Shown here one piece after another: positions 38,226-47,649 of a DNA stretch of 64,000 bases (positions are counted from its first letter, which is position 1; every line of letters begins with the position of its first letter). A program made the translations under genes and the position numbers. The notes beneath the pieces were generated by a model, which saw nothing but the letters and a program-made list of their open reading frames with translations, had not been told where the DNA came from and did not search any database. This stretch comes from Candidatus Omnitrophota bacterium. GTDB lineage: Bacteria > Ratteibacteria > UBA8468 > MWAK01. The DNA lies in assembly GCA_043797665.1 (NCBI GenBank), contig JAZDPL010000073.1, positions 62,009 to 126,008 of the forward strand, given 5' to 3'.

Positions 38226-40265
38226 TCATTCTTCTAACACGACCATCCGGTAACCATCGATGCGTGGCACCGTAAAGCAGGTTTTGCCTCCGTGTGATTC
38301 AAAGGTAAATTCTGTTCCATCACTCGGCGAGAAAACGCGCTGAATCCGCTTTCCGGTTTTCACCCTGAGGGTTATGTCCACCAGCGGAAATACATCTTCA
38401 ACTATGTCCAGATTAGCGGCACGACGCTGGGGTACATAATTTAAAATATTAATGACCAGGTATCGGCCATTTCTCCGGAGGGTAACCTCGGCCGTGGTAG
38501 GGAGGTTGGAGTCCACCAGACGTTCACCCAGCAGTAAATTAAGAGCGTACCGTACTATTTCACGATAAGGCCAATAAGCATATTTATGATAGAGATCGAA
38601 CAGACGGGGCGCGATATAGATGATATTACGGTTATTGTAAATCATTTCAGGCCGGTCACTGCGCCGGGCGACGGGAGTCTGAGCATGCGAACAAAAATGG
38701 TCCCAGCTGCGGTTGAAATAAGGTTCCGAGGCACGCAGCAGTATCGGGTAACTGTTATCCAGTGTTTGCACCATGACTGCCGGTTTCTCAATTTTATAGA
38801 CTACATAGTCAAAGTCCGCCAGCACCTCCAAAAATTTCCCGCAGGGATAAATGTAATAAGGCTCATAGGGATTTCTTCCCAGGGCCTTAAGTTGGATTCC
38901 TGGAAGGGCGAAGCTTCCCTCCGCATTTAGACCGGAATTGCCGGTGGCAAGAATTTTGCCGCCACCGGCCAGGTAACTTTCCAATTTGCCAATAAGCGCA
39001 TCGGTAAGAGTTATATTATCAGGAAGAATGATCAGGGGATAGCGGATAAAATCGCTCGCATCGTCCAGAAAAGAAAACTGGATATGCATCTGCATTAAGA
39101 TGCGAAGTGCTCCATATATGGGCGAATAAATATCATCCCAGAAATTATGAGGCTTGCCATCCTCGTAAGGAATAACTACGCCTGCCTCATCTACCGGTTC
39201 TGAGGGGTAAGCGTATTCCTCGATCGTTTTTACTTTGGCATAGGTCCGGCCAATAAGTTCATAAGCGGCTTTTTCCATGGTACCGTCAGGATTGAGCTGG
39301 TCACCCACGCCACAGGTGACACCGAAACTCACCATACGCAAGCATTCGTAGTCCAGGGCAGCTTGAGGTTTGAGGCCCCCGAAATCCCCCCAGTTTAGGT
39401 GGAAGCGGCAGGTTTGGGAGACCATTGGCAATCCTGTATTCTGAAAATACCGGACCAATAGAGCAAAGTGGTCGTAGCCAAAACCGGTGCCCGTGGGGAG
39501 AGATTCCATTCCGATATGCCCCATCCGTTCAAGCTCGGGTATGGGGCCTCGCTCGCGTTTGCCGTCAAGACGCAGTCGTCCGTTAAACCAGAGGATAGCC
39601 TTCGGGTGCCTCACCCGTATTAGATCGCTGAACTCGGATATAAAGTCCCGGGCGGTTAAGCGCGAATATTCCAGTACATCCGCTTCAGATTTAGGATCCA
39701 GACCGCGTTCTTTCATCCCGGCAAGGCAGTACCGGCAACAACAGCCAAATGGAGCCCAGAGAATGTCCAATATCATCTCTTTCACGACGTAGCGTTCACA
39801 TAGTTCTACTACCTGTCGGCGGAAGTACTCGCGGTAAGGGCTGTTCCAGCAAACGAACCGCCAGCCCGGCTGAAATAATAAGCCTTCTTCGGATTTTGTT
39901 GCCCACTTCAGAAGTCGGCCGTCCTTATCCTGCATGCACCACTCCGGATGCTGTTCTGCTGTATACTCATCAAAAGCAATGCTGGTATAAAGCGCGTAGT
40001 CAAGGCCCGCTTCGCTCAAAGCCTTGATCTGTTCCCCGAGAAGATCAATGCTTTTCAATCCGGGATGTACGGGACCAACGGCAGAGGGGTAATAACAGTA
40101 ACCGTGATGACAGCGGGTGAAAATATTGACCGATTGGATATGGGCATTCTTTAACCTGCGGACAAATTCTCTCCCATCAAATTTCCCTCCAACATCAGGG
40201 ATGGCACCGGAAGTATGAAAATCCAGCTGAAGCGTTCGTCTGGCAAAATGAAGTTTTCTTTCCAT
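38226..40265 (-). CDS. GH151-like alpha-L-fucosidase
   Basis: LDFHTS, RCHHGYCYYPS..G.VHP, VCWNSPY, ESLPTG, FHLNWGDFGGLK, GDQL. Confidence 0.8.
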   Translation of the reverse strand: MERKLHFARRTLQLDFHTSGAIPDVGGKFDGREFVRRLKNAHIQSVNIFTRCHHGYCYYPSAVGPVHPGLKSIDLLGEQIKALSEAGLDYALYTSIAFDEYTAEQHPEWCMQDKDGRLLKWATKSEEGLLFQPGWRFVCWNSPYREYFRRQVVELCERYVVKEMILDILWAPFGCCCRYCLAGMKERGLDPKSEADVLEYSRLTARDFISEFSDLIRVRHPKAILWFNGRLRLDGKRERGPIPELERMGHIGMESLPTGTGFGYDHFALLVRYFQNTGLPMVSQTCRFHLNWGDFGGLKPQAALDYECLRMVSFGVTCGVGDQLNPDGTMEKAAYELIGRTYAKVKTIEEYAYPSEPVDEAGVVIPYEDGKPHNFWDDIYSPIYGALRILMQMHIQFSFLDDASDFIRYPLIILPDNITLTDALIGKLESYLAGGGKILATGNSGLNAEGSFALPGIQLKALGRNPYEPYYIYPCGKFLEVLADFDYVVYKIEKPAVMVQTLDNSYPILLRASEPYFNRSWDHFCSHAQTPVARRSDRPEMIYNNRNIIYIAPRLFDLYHKYAYWPYREIVRYALNLLLGERLVDSNLPTTAEVTLRRNGRYLVINILNYVPQRRAANLDIVEDVFPLVDITLRVKTGKRIQRVFSPSDGTEFTFESHGGKTCFTVPRIDGYRMVVLEE

Positions 40266-40278
40266 TGGTTCGTATTTT

Positions 40279-43200
40279 TTAATCCATTGGTCCGGCTATT
40301 TTATCCAGCGGCAGTGACCGCTGTGCCAGTACCTTATTATCCTTCAGCAGTTCAATCTTGATTTCATATCTGCCCGCGGGCAAACCGCCGGTATTTAGGG
40401 TGTACCCGGCCGGTTCCGCCTTGGCCGGCAGAGCTGCCTCCCGCAGGACCTCGTTCTTCGGACCGCGCAGACTCATCTTCAGAATGCTTCCCTTCAACAT
40501 CGGCGGTGTGGCAAAGACGCTCATCTCTAAATAAGACCGGTTCTCGTTCAGGTACTGCTTGTTGTTTAATGCCTGGACCTGGAGGACTTCCTTAAATATT
40601 ACCGCATACGCAATTTCGTCCACCGCCTTGCCGGTAAGATTATCTGCCACCGAAGCCGTAAAGGTGTAGTTCCCGGGTGCCAGCAGAGTAAAGGGCAGTT
40701 CTACCTTCTTCTCCTGGCCGCCATTCAAGGTTACCGGCAGAGGAGGAATGGTTACGGAATCTTTATCCGCAATCAGGGTAGCCTGCACGGTAAGGGCTGT
40801 TTTCCCTTTTTTCGGATTGGCCAGGGTCAGGATAATGCTATTTTCTCCGAGCAGAGCTTTCTCAATTGCGGCTCTCTTCAGGAATGACCGTTCGAAATTG
40901 ATGATATTGAACTTATCCGGATTGTAGCCGAAGACTCCGTAAGACCAGCTGCTCATCTCGCAGTCCTGCAACGCCTCGTCCCGGCTCTGTCTCTCCCGGG
41001 CAAAGTTGATGCCCCACCGTGGCCCGTATTTCTCCTTTAACTCTTTTATTGGGATTGCCATCTCCAGCATCCAGTAGTCCTGACCCCGGGAACCTTTCGC
41101 CTTTACTTTCAGATCAGACGGGCTGGCGTACATGTTCCAGAAACCGTTGGCGTTCACCATCAGGTGAACCTTATTCTTCCAGGTGAAGTCAGGGTCAATA
41201 AAGATTTCGGCGCAGTCGTCCCGCCAGGTTTCCGGGTCTTTATTCTTGTAAACCTTCAGTTTTAACCCGGCCATATCCTTTTCTTCGCACCGGTACCCTA
41301 CATACATATTCTGGTTATCACCGAGCAGATAGACCTCTGTCTGCTGTGCTGCGGCTTTGCTGGCAAAATTATCTTCGGCCCCGGTCCGTACTTGGAAATC
41401 TCCTATCTTTAAAGCAGTCTTCCACACTTTTTCATCCAGCCGGCCGTCAATCTCCGGTGCCTGGCTGACCACCGGCAGGTTAATAATCTGCCTGGTAATG
41501 ACCGGAGAATACGGTTCGGTCTTCGGCAGCGTTACTCTGTTCAAGACCAACGGGCTGCGTTCAATCAGCCGGGCTTTTTTTTTAGCGGTATCGCTCTCGA
41601 CCGGCAGATTCTTCGCCCGCATAATCATCTGCGCTACCTTCCAGCGTGTCCGGTCGTAATCGTTTAAATCCCATCCGTTTTTCCATTTCATAGGACCTTC
41701 ATTCTGAAACTTCCTGGTTTTGAAATCGACTTTGGTGCTCTTCCAGCCGAATATCCTGCCGTCTCCGTTGGATAAGCCGCCCATCTCTTCCGACATCTTA
41801 ATTGAGGTTCTGATTGCGTCCATTTCCTGTTCTATTTCCGAAACGATCTGTTTGTCTCCGTCGCTGGTACTCTTCTTGAGTTCTGCCAGGGCATTTTCCA
41901 GGGTAACCAGGTAGCGGTAATCATCGATGCCTTCCCGGAAACCTTCCAGGCCGGTCGAAGGACCGCCTACCTCCCCGTCCTGCGGAGGGTACCGGAAATT
42001 CCAGCCAAAGGATTTAAAGTCGTCGTAAGGGTCACCGTGGTTCTGGTAAGCCCAGGTACAGGCACCATCAGTACCTCTTGCCCAGGAAAGAAACCCCAGG
42101 GTAAACCGTTGGGCTTCAGGGAAATAGCCACTTTCATCGTAGTTATAACAAATTACTTTTTTCCCTTGGGTGTGAATAGTAGCAGTCTTATCTTTGAAAG
42201 GCAGATAACCGTTGGGGTTTAAGAGGTCAATCAGGGGATAGACATCCGGCTGGTTCATAAATATGTCCCAGCCTCCATCGATCGTGGTCTTTACACCAGA
42301 CTCCTTTAAGAGTTTTAATAGTACCGTACATTTCTTTATATCTTCCTGCGGTTTCTCTCCCCAGCCCACCTCGTCCATCGGTCCCCAGTAAATTTCAGAC
42401 CAGCCCTTCTGTTTGCAATAGTCAGATACCGCCTTGACCGCTGCCTTGTAGGCATTATTAAACCCTTCGGAACCAAACTCGCCGTACTGTAAAGCAAACT
42501 TTTCGACGTCATGGGGCCACATTCCGAATATCACGGGTGCCGGATATTGGTTCTTCTTGTACTCTTCCATACATTGCTCGAACCAGCTGGTACCGTCAAA
42601 ATGGAGCGTTACCTTGTTGCCATCGTACTCCACATTCCGAAACCGGCTGTCATTCCTGTCCTGCGTGAGACAACTTACCCACCCCACCCAGACGGTAGTG
42701 GCACCGTATTCCCGCATGTCTTTGAAGTGGGCACTTCTGAAGGAGTGCTGGTAATCGTCCTGGTAGCAGAAACCGAACATCTTGTCCGGAGGTACCGGTG
42801 CCAGTTTGAAAGGGAGCACCCGGAATTTCAAGGATAACTCGGAAGCCGGAGCGTTTGCCGGCGTAAAGCTGACCTTACCGGTATAGATACCTGCCGGGGC
42901 ATCGTCAGGCACCTTGATTGTCAGCCAGAACCGAAAGCTGGTGTTAGCCGGAATATCCACGGCCGGGCGCTTTTCAATGATACTGGGTAGGTTATAGTAT
43001 GCCTTGCCATTCTCAGCCGCCCGGCGATAAAATGACCTTACCGCACCCACCTCGATATTATTTACCGGGATTACCTTGCCGTTCTCATTCTTTAAATCCG
43101 TAACCTTGACCGCCACTCCCTTAAGTTCTTTTAAGGTGCGGACGCAGAAGGTCACCGGGTCATATTCACCGGGCGTGGCAAAACCGTTCAGTTCCGAAAC

Positions 43201-43449
43201 GACTTCATCTTCTCTGGGTATCACCGCTTCATAAACTATCTCTACGGTGGGTCGCTTAAAGATGATATAACCGTTCTTCTCCTGTTCTGGAGTTGTTTGG
43301 AACATCGGGGTCTTGTCTACTAACTCTATTTCGCTGAAGTCCTTCGGGATATCCTCTTTCCTGGGCACACCAGCAGATACCACGCCGGCCTGGATAAGCA
43401 AGAAGAGACAGGCCGTAATACCTTTCAGCCACAGCCTTTTCGGTTCCAT
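40279..43449 (-). CDS. Secreted GH123/DUF4091-like TIM-barrel protein with CBM9-like domain
   Basis: Signal peptide; FWLTIKVPDDAPAGIYTG, DE, EGFREGIDDYRYL; APEIDGRLDE..W..DDCAEIFID..WGINFAR. Confidence 0.7.
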   Translation of the reverse strand: MEPKRLWLKGITACLFLLIQAGVVSAGVPRKEDIPKDFSEIELVDKTPMFQTTPEQEKNGYIIFKRPTVEIVYEAVIPREDEVVSELNGFATPGEYDPVTFCVRTLKELKGVAVKVTDLKNENGKVIPVNNIEVGAVRSFYRRAAENGKAYYNLPSIIEKRPAVDIPANTSFRFWLTIKVPDDAPAGIYTGKVSFTPANAPASELSLKFRVLPFKLAPVPPDKMFGFCYQDDYQHSFRSAHFKDMREYGATTVWVGWVSCLTQDRNDSRFRNVEYDGNKVTLHFDGTSWFEQCMEEYKKNQYPAPVIFGMWPHDVEKFALQYGEFGSEGFNNAYKAAVKAVSDYCKQKGWSEIYWGPMDEVGWGEKPQEDIKKCTVLLKLLKESGVKTTIDGGWDIFMNQPDVYPLIDLLNPNGYLPFKDKTATIHTQGKKVICYNYDESGYFPEAQRFTLGFLSWARGTDGACTWAYQNHGDPYDDFKSFGWNFRYPPQDGEVGGPSTGLEGFREGIDDYRYLVTLENALAELKKSTSDGDKQIVSEIEQEMDAIRTSIKMSEEMGGLSNGDGRIFGWKSTKVDFKTRKFQNEGPMKWKNGWDLNDYDRTRWKVAQMIMRAKNLPVESDTAKKKARLIERSPLVLNRVTLPKTEPYSPVITRQIINLPVVSQAPEIDGRLDEKVWKTALKIGDFQVRTGAEDNFASKAAAQQTEVYLLGDNQNMYVGYRCEEKDMAGLKLKVYKNKDPETWRDDCAEIFIDPDFTWKNKVHLMVNANGFWNMYASPSDLKVKAKGSRGQDYWMLEMAIPIKELKEKYGPRWGINFARERQSRDEALQDCEMSSWSYGVFGYNPDKFNIINFERSFLKRAAIEKALLGENSIILTLANPKKGKTALTVQATLIADKDSVTIPPLPVTLNGGQEKKVELPFTLLAPGNYTFTASVADNLTGKAVDEIAYAVIFKEVLQVQALNNKQYLNENRSYLEMSVFATPPMLKGSILKMSLRGPKNEVLREAALPAKAEPAGYTLNTGGLPAGRYEIKIELLKDNKVLAQRSLPLDKIAGPMD

Positions 43450-43470
43450 TCGTTCCCCCCTTTGAAATTT

Positions 43471-44700
43471 CTATTCTGGTTTGGTTATCTTACCGGTACA
43501 GACGATATTACCGCCGACATTCATCTCGCCTTTGACCACCAGGTCGTTGTTCCCCATATCAAGGGTGGCACCATACGCGATATCGAGCGTTCCGGTCACC
43601 GTCAACGGTCCCTGGCAGGCCAGTGTCCCGTCGGTGACGGTAACATTTTCCGCGGTTATTGATTTGCCCTGGATGGTTCCCGTGGTGCTCTTGGTCTCCT
43701 TGTTTTGAGTCTTTTCATAGATTAATTCACCGATGGTGAGGATCCCGCCGTTGATGATGGTATTCCCGCCCCGCAAGGTAACCATCTTTGTTTTGAAACT
43801 GCGGTTCTGGCAATCCAATACGGCGCCGGCGTGTCCGAGGTCGTCTCCTATTGTTACCAGGGACCCGGAAGTCAAATCACTGCTCAATTTCAACACTCCT
43901 TCCCAACTCAGATAGATCGAAGTCCACGGCTCATCCGGAACTACTACCGCAAACTGAGTCGAGCCCCACCGCCTCAGGTGCGAATTCTCGTTTAGGGTGA
44001 GTACGCCCTTGGGACCCCGGTTCCATTTGACCAGCCCCAGGCAGATGCTCGTGTCGCGCATGTCAAGTTCGCCGCCCTCCTTGCCGCCTATGGTTACGTC
44101 CTTACCTATGGTAAACCAGTTGCTGGTTGTTAATTTACAGCCTCTGGTGTCGGAAATCACCAGACCGCGGGGGCTGTTGCCATGTATTGAGGTATGAGTG
44201 TTTACGATGTGATTTGCCGAACCGCTTATGGTCAATCCGTCAAATGAACCGCTCAGGATTCTGGATTTACCATCAACGATGTTGTGGACTATCTCTCCGT
44301 CACCGTATATCCCCTTCATCCATTGTCCGCTCTGGGCGGCCACGATGTTTCCCTGTATCTCCACCCGGTTGCCGCCATTATTCAGACCCTTCTCGGGAGC
44401 GATATTACAGTCGCCGGTAATCGTCATCTTGCCTGCCTGGCTTACCGCTTTGGCAAATCCTCCTGAAACCGTGAAGTTCTTCACCCGGGCGTCGGCCGAT
44501 ACCAGGCAGTCGGCCCTGGCCTGGTTGTCAAATACCACATTATCATCCGGACCGGGAGCTTTACCCTCAGACCAGTTACCGGCTTCTTCCCAGGCAGTCT
44601 CCTTTCCAGGTGCTCCGCCCTGCCAGTGGAGGTCGGCTGTCCGGGCCTGACCGCAAAATAATAAAAGTATGAAAAGAGATGCACCATAAATCTTTGCCAT
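43471..44700 (-). CDS. Secreted beta-helix-like protein (autotransporter-passenger-like N-cap)
   Basis: Signal peptide; LHWQGG...AWEEAGNWS...DNVVFD; C-terminal GATLDMG..DLVVKG resembles 34014-35279. Confidence 0.65.
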   Translation of the reverse strand: MAKIYGASLFILLLFCGQARTADLHWQGGAPGKETAWEEAGNWSEGKAPGPDDNVVFDNQARADCLVSADARVKNFTVSGGFAKAVSQAGKMTITGDCNIAPEKGLNNGGNRVEIQGNIVAAQSGQWMKGIYGDGEIVHNIVDGKSRILSGSFDGLTISGSANHIVNTHTSIHGNSPRGLVISDTRGCKLTTSNWFTIGKDVTIGGKEGGELDMRDTSICLGLVKWNRGPKGVLTLNENSHLRRWGSTQFAVVVPDEPWTSIYLSWEGVLKLSSDLTSGSLVTIGDDLGHAGAVLDCQNRSFKTKMVTLRGGNTIINGGILTIGELIYEKTQNKETKSTTGTIQGKSITAENVTVTDGTLACQGPLTVTGTLDIAYGATLDMGNNDLVVKGEMNVGGNIVCTGKITKPE

Positions 44701-44712
44701 TTCTCCCCCCTG

Positions 44713-44749
44713 TATTCTGATACTCTATTTTATATTCTGTTTTATTCGT
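44713..44749. promoter_or_regulatory. Candidate DeoR operator (phased TATTCTG repeats)
   Basis: TATTCTG at 44713 and 44733 and TATTCG at 44743; same motif and 20-bp spacing as upstream of the DeoR gene. Confidence 0.5.
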
Positions 44750-44827
44750 TGCCCCATCCGAACCACCATGAGGGCAGGAAGTTTATGACCACCGGAACCT
44801 TTGTCTTTGCCTTAACTTCGTACCACA

Positions 44828-46111
44828 TTATCCAGTAAAGGTTAAGAATTCAGGGATAGCCAGACCGGTTGCTTCCGGATTGGATCTGGAAGCAAAATGC
44901 TGGCAGAAACTTAACGGTTCGGTGCTTTCGCAGATAACCTCAGACCTTTTAGCCGCCTCTATGCTTACAAAGACCTCGTCCGCGCCGGTTTCTTCCCTGG
45001 TTTCGTACATCGCCGGGGACTCAACTTCTAAGTATTCTTTCTTTGGTACACCAATCTTTCCGTGTCCCCGCAAGACAATGATACCGAAAGCGGATTTTTC
45101 TTCCAGTATTAACTTTTTACCCGGATAGACTACGGTTCTCTTGGCACTATAATAGTCGGGAGCCTTAGGCTCACTGCTTCGGCTGGTTCGGTAGACGACA
45201 AAATCCTGTCTGCCGGAAGAGGAGGAGAATACTTTTACGGGTGGCCGGAAGTACTCCTGGCGGAAGTTGTGCCGGTTGCCGGAATTAGGACACTTAATCA
45301 TATTGAGAATATACTGAAAGACCGTGTCTTTGCCATCCTTCTTCAGGTCTACCGGCAGGTCCTTATCTATCAGGTCCGGCGGCATAACCATATCGTTGAC
45401 CCTTGATTCCGGAACGCAACTTACGTCTGAGGCGGACTGGAGTTCATACGTTACCAGGGAACCCGGTGCATGTAAGGTGCAGGGAGGCATAAACCAGCCG
45501 GTGCCGGGGATGAGGTTGATAGCGTTGGAAAGGTCAGCGAGGCGGTTGTCACCCTGAAAATAGCGTTGCAGATAGTTGAGTATCTGTCGGTCGGAGTAGG
45601 AGGGGTCAGACCCAAAGTAGGTGCTGGGAAATGCGTTCCGGTTCAGGTTCAATTCCAGCGGGAAATAGTAGGACTCGGGTTTTCCTTTCAGACCTTTTCG
45701 CACGTGCTGGTCACAGGGATGGAGGTGGTTGGGAATCCGGTGCCAGTTATCAAAGAACTTGGTCAGAACGTCCCACCGCCTGCCTTTACCCAAAACAAGG
45801 TTACCATAGATGTCCAGGATATCTTTCAATTGTACTTTCTTCCCGTCAATGATGACGTAACTTAAACCATGGTCCGGCGGGCAGGATTTGTTGTAGACGC
45901 CGTTGTCTGCGTAGGTAGCCGAAGCCAGCCAGCGCTCATTGACGACCACGTCCTGGGAGAGATAGTCATCCAGGAGTTTAATCCTTCTGCCTGGTATGAT
46001 GATGCCGGGACGGCCCACCCAGGCTGGTGTCAGCCGGAATATTCCGCCGGTCCTTTCGGCCTCTTTTTCTACCAGCTTCTTTATCTCCGTTTCTTTATCA
46101 ACCCGTTTCAC
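44828..46111 (-). CDS. Cupin-fold phosphomannose-isomerase-like protein
   Basis: HLHP, KPESYYF, GTGW, LHAPGSL.TYE.Q..SDV metal-binding cupin motifs. Confidence 0.65.
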   Translation of the reverse strand: MKRVDKETEIKKLVEKEAERTGGIFRLTPAWVGRPGIIIPGRRIKLLDDYLSQDVVVNERWLASATYADNGVYNKSCPPDHGLSYVIIDGKKVQLKDILDIYGNLVLGKGRRWDVLTKFFDNWHRIPNHLHPCDQHVRKGLKGKPESYYFPLELNLNRNAFPSTYFGSDPSYSDRQILNYLQRYFQGDNRLADLSNAINLIPGTGWFMPPCTLHAPGSLVTYELQSASDVSCVPESRVNDMVMPPDLIDKDLPVDLKKDGKDTVFQYILNMIKCPNSGNRHNFRQEYFRPPVKVFSSSSGRQDFVVYRTSRSSEPKAPDYYSAKRTVVYPGKKLILEEKSAFGIIVLRGHGKIGVPKKEYLEVESPAMYETREETGADEVFVSIEAAKRSEVICESTEPLSFCQHFASRSNPEATGLAIPEFLTFTG

Positions 46112-46126
46112 AGCAATCTTTCACCT

Positions 46127-46157
46127 TGTCATTCTGAGTTGGAATCAAGAAGGAATT
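46127..46157. repeat. Degenerate family B repeat (TGTCATTCTGAG...)
   Basis: Shares its first 12 nt with the copies at 58057, 60015 and 63216. Confidence 0.55.
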
Positions 46158-46161
46158 TTTG

Positions 46162-46935
46162 TTAAGCCACTATTATTTCCACCTTGTTTTTTTTAAGCAC
46201 TTCGGCTAAGAAAACAGAAGGCTTCCGGTCAGAGATGATAGCATCCACCTCAGAGAAATCTGCGGCTAAATACATACCGTTTTTAGCCCACTTACTGTGG
46301 TCTGCCACCAGAAAAACCTCCTGTGTTTTCTTGAGAATATTTCTCTGCAGTTCCACGGTCTGAAGGTCGGTGTTAGTGAAACCATCTTCGGTTATCCCCG
46401 CTACGCCTAAAAACGCTTTCTGGCTGTTTACCTTAATGGCCATCTCTTCGGTAAAAAATCCGAGGAATACCCCTCTCTTGGGGTACAGGGTTCCGCCCAG
46501 AAGGAAGACTTCAGTCGTCAATGAATTGGCAAAGAGGCCGGCGATGGGCAGGGAGTTGGTAATTATCTGGATGTGTCTATTGATTAGATGCCGGGCAACC
46601 TGATAGGTGGTGGTTCCGCCGTCCAGGATAATCGTTTCACCATCACGAACAAAAGAAGCGGCTTTGGTACCAATGGTTTCTTTTTCTTTGTTCAATTTAG
46701 GTTCGCGTTCGCTGAGAGTAAGAATCCTGTTTATCCCAGGCCGGTGGCGGCTTAAAGTTGCTCCGCCGTGGACCCTTTCCAGCGAACCTTCAGTTTCTAA
46801 CGTCATCAGGTCCCGACGGATGGTGGCGGGAGAAGCCTTCAGTTCTTGAACCAAAAATTCTATCGGCACAAATTCCTTCTGGGTCAGTATCTCTAAGATA
46901 CGCTGCCGACGTTCCGCTCCGATTAAGATTCCCAT
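46162..46935 (-). CDS. DeoR/GlpR family transcriptional regulator
   Basis: ERRQRIL, SPATIRRDL, RVHGGA, LDGGTT, ITNS, ADHSK. Confidence 0.95.
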   Translation of the reverse strand: MGILIGAERRQRILEILTQKEFVPIEFLVQELKASPATIRRDLMTLETEGSLERVHGGATLSRHRPGINRILTLSEREPKLNKEKETIGTKAASFVRDGETIILDGGTTTYQVARHLINRHIQIITNSLPIAGLFANSLTTEVFLLGGTLYPKRGVFLGFFTEEMAIKVNSQKAFLGVAGITEDGFTNTDLQTVELQRNILKKTQEVFLVADHSKWAKNGMYLAADFSEVDAIISDRKPSVFLAEVLKKNKVEIIVA

Positions 46936-47004
46936 TTCTGGATTATTCTGATTATATCTGAATTATTCTGATTATATTATACCGAAAAAGTTCATCTTTG
47001 TCAA
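46935..47004 (-). promoter_or_regulatory. Consensus sigma70 promoter with a 10-bp-phased direct-repeat operator downstream
   Basis: Minus strand TTGACA(47004-46999)-17 bp-TATAAT(46981-46976); TCTG repeated at 46937, 46947, 46957 and 46967. Confidence 0.8.
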
Positions 47005-47053
47005 GTGCGTAAATTAATTTTAAGGAATGGATTATCAATCGTGAGTCACTTGA

Positions 47054-47230
47054 CTTGAACCTACAGGAATTTATATCTTTTATGCTACGTAGGTTCAAGG
47101 GGGGATTGCCAAGGGGGTGGCGAGGAACCCCCTTGCGTAGTAGAGAGGGTAACAGGGAGCGGAGCGACCGCCATAGGGGGTGTAAACCCCCTATGGGGAG
47201 TTCGCCGAAGGCGGACGCCTTGAAGGTAGC
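47054..47230. other. GC-rich multi-hairpin non-coding element
   Basis: Inverted repeats CTTGAACCTAC/GTAGGTTCAAG, CAAGGGGG/CCCCCTTG, CCATAGGGGG/CCCCCTATGG, GTTCGCC/GGCGGAC and TTCAAGG/CCTTGAA. Confidence 0.55.
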
Positions 47231-47232
47231 GG

Positions 47233-47559
47233 TTAAAGTTTTTGCGCCAGATACCGGTCAATGGCTTCCACCATATCCGTCGGGTTGTGGAAAGAGGCAT
47301 CTTCCGTATTAATGAACCGTCGGAAAGGTTTTGCAGGTTCTGCCGATGAGCCCTCATTCCAGGCTTTTCGGATTCCGGACTTTATCTCGTCAAAGATTTT
47401 CGGATAGTCCCAGTAGAGGTGATTATTTATTAAGACCGGTTTGTTCTGGTAACGAAGGTACTCCCGGATTTTGACCCGTTTACCGTCGGTACTAACCAGG
47501 AAGACCCGACCACTTTCGGCACCTAAGTCCAAAACTATGTACTTACCCCAGGTTGGCAT
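47233..47559 (-). pseudogene. rhaB: Rhamnulokinase/FGGY kinase remnant with an internal deletion and truncation
   Basis: N-terminal DLGAESGR...LYWD joined to the mid-protein motif PFRRFINTEDASFHNPTDMVEAI; only 108 aa. Confidence 0.75.
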
Positions 47560-47649
47560 ATTACTTCCAATTAAAATATTCTTTTCACAATTTAATTACA
47601 TTTCTGCAAGTTTGTCAGATTTATGTGCCAGAGGTAGGGAACTAACGTG

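Noticed and set aside
47085..47357. ORFs 47085-47357 (-) and 47055-47312 (+)
   Set aside because: They run through the hairpin element and pseudogene and have no recognisable protein features.
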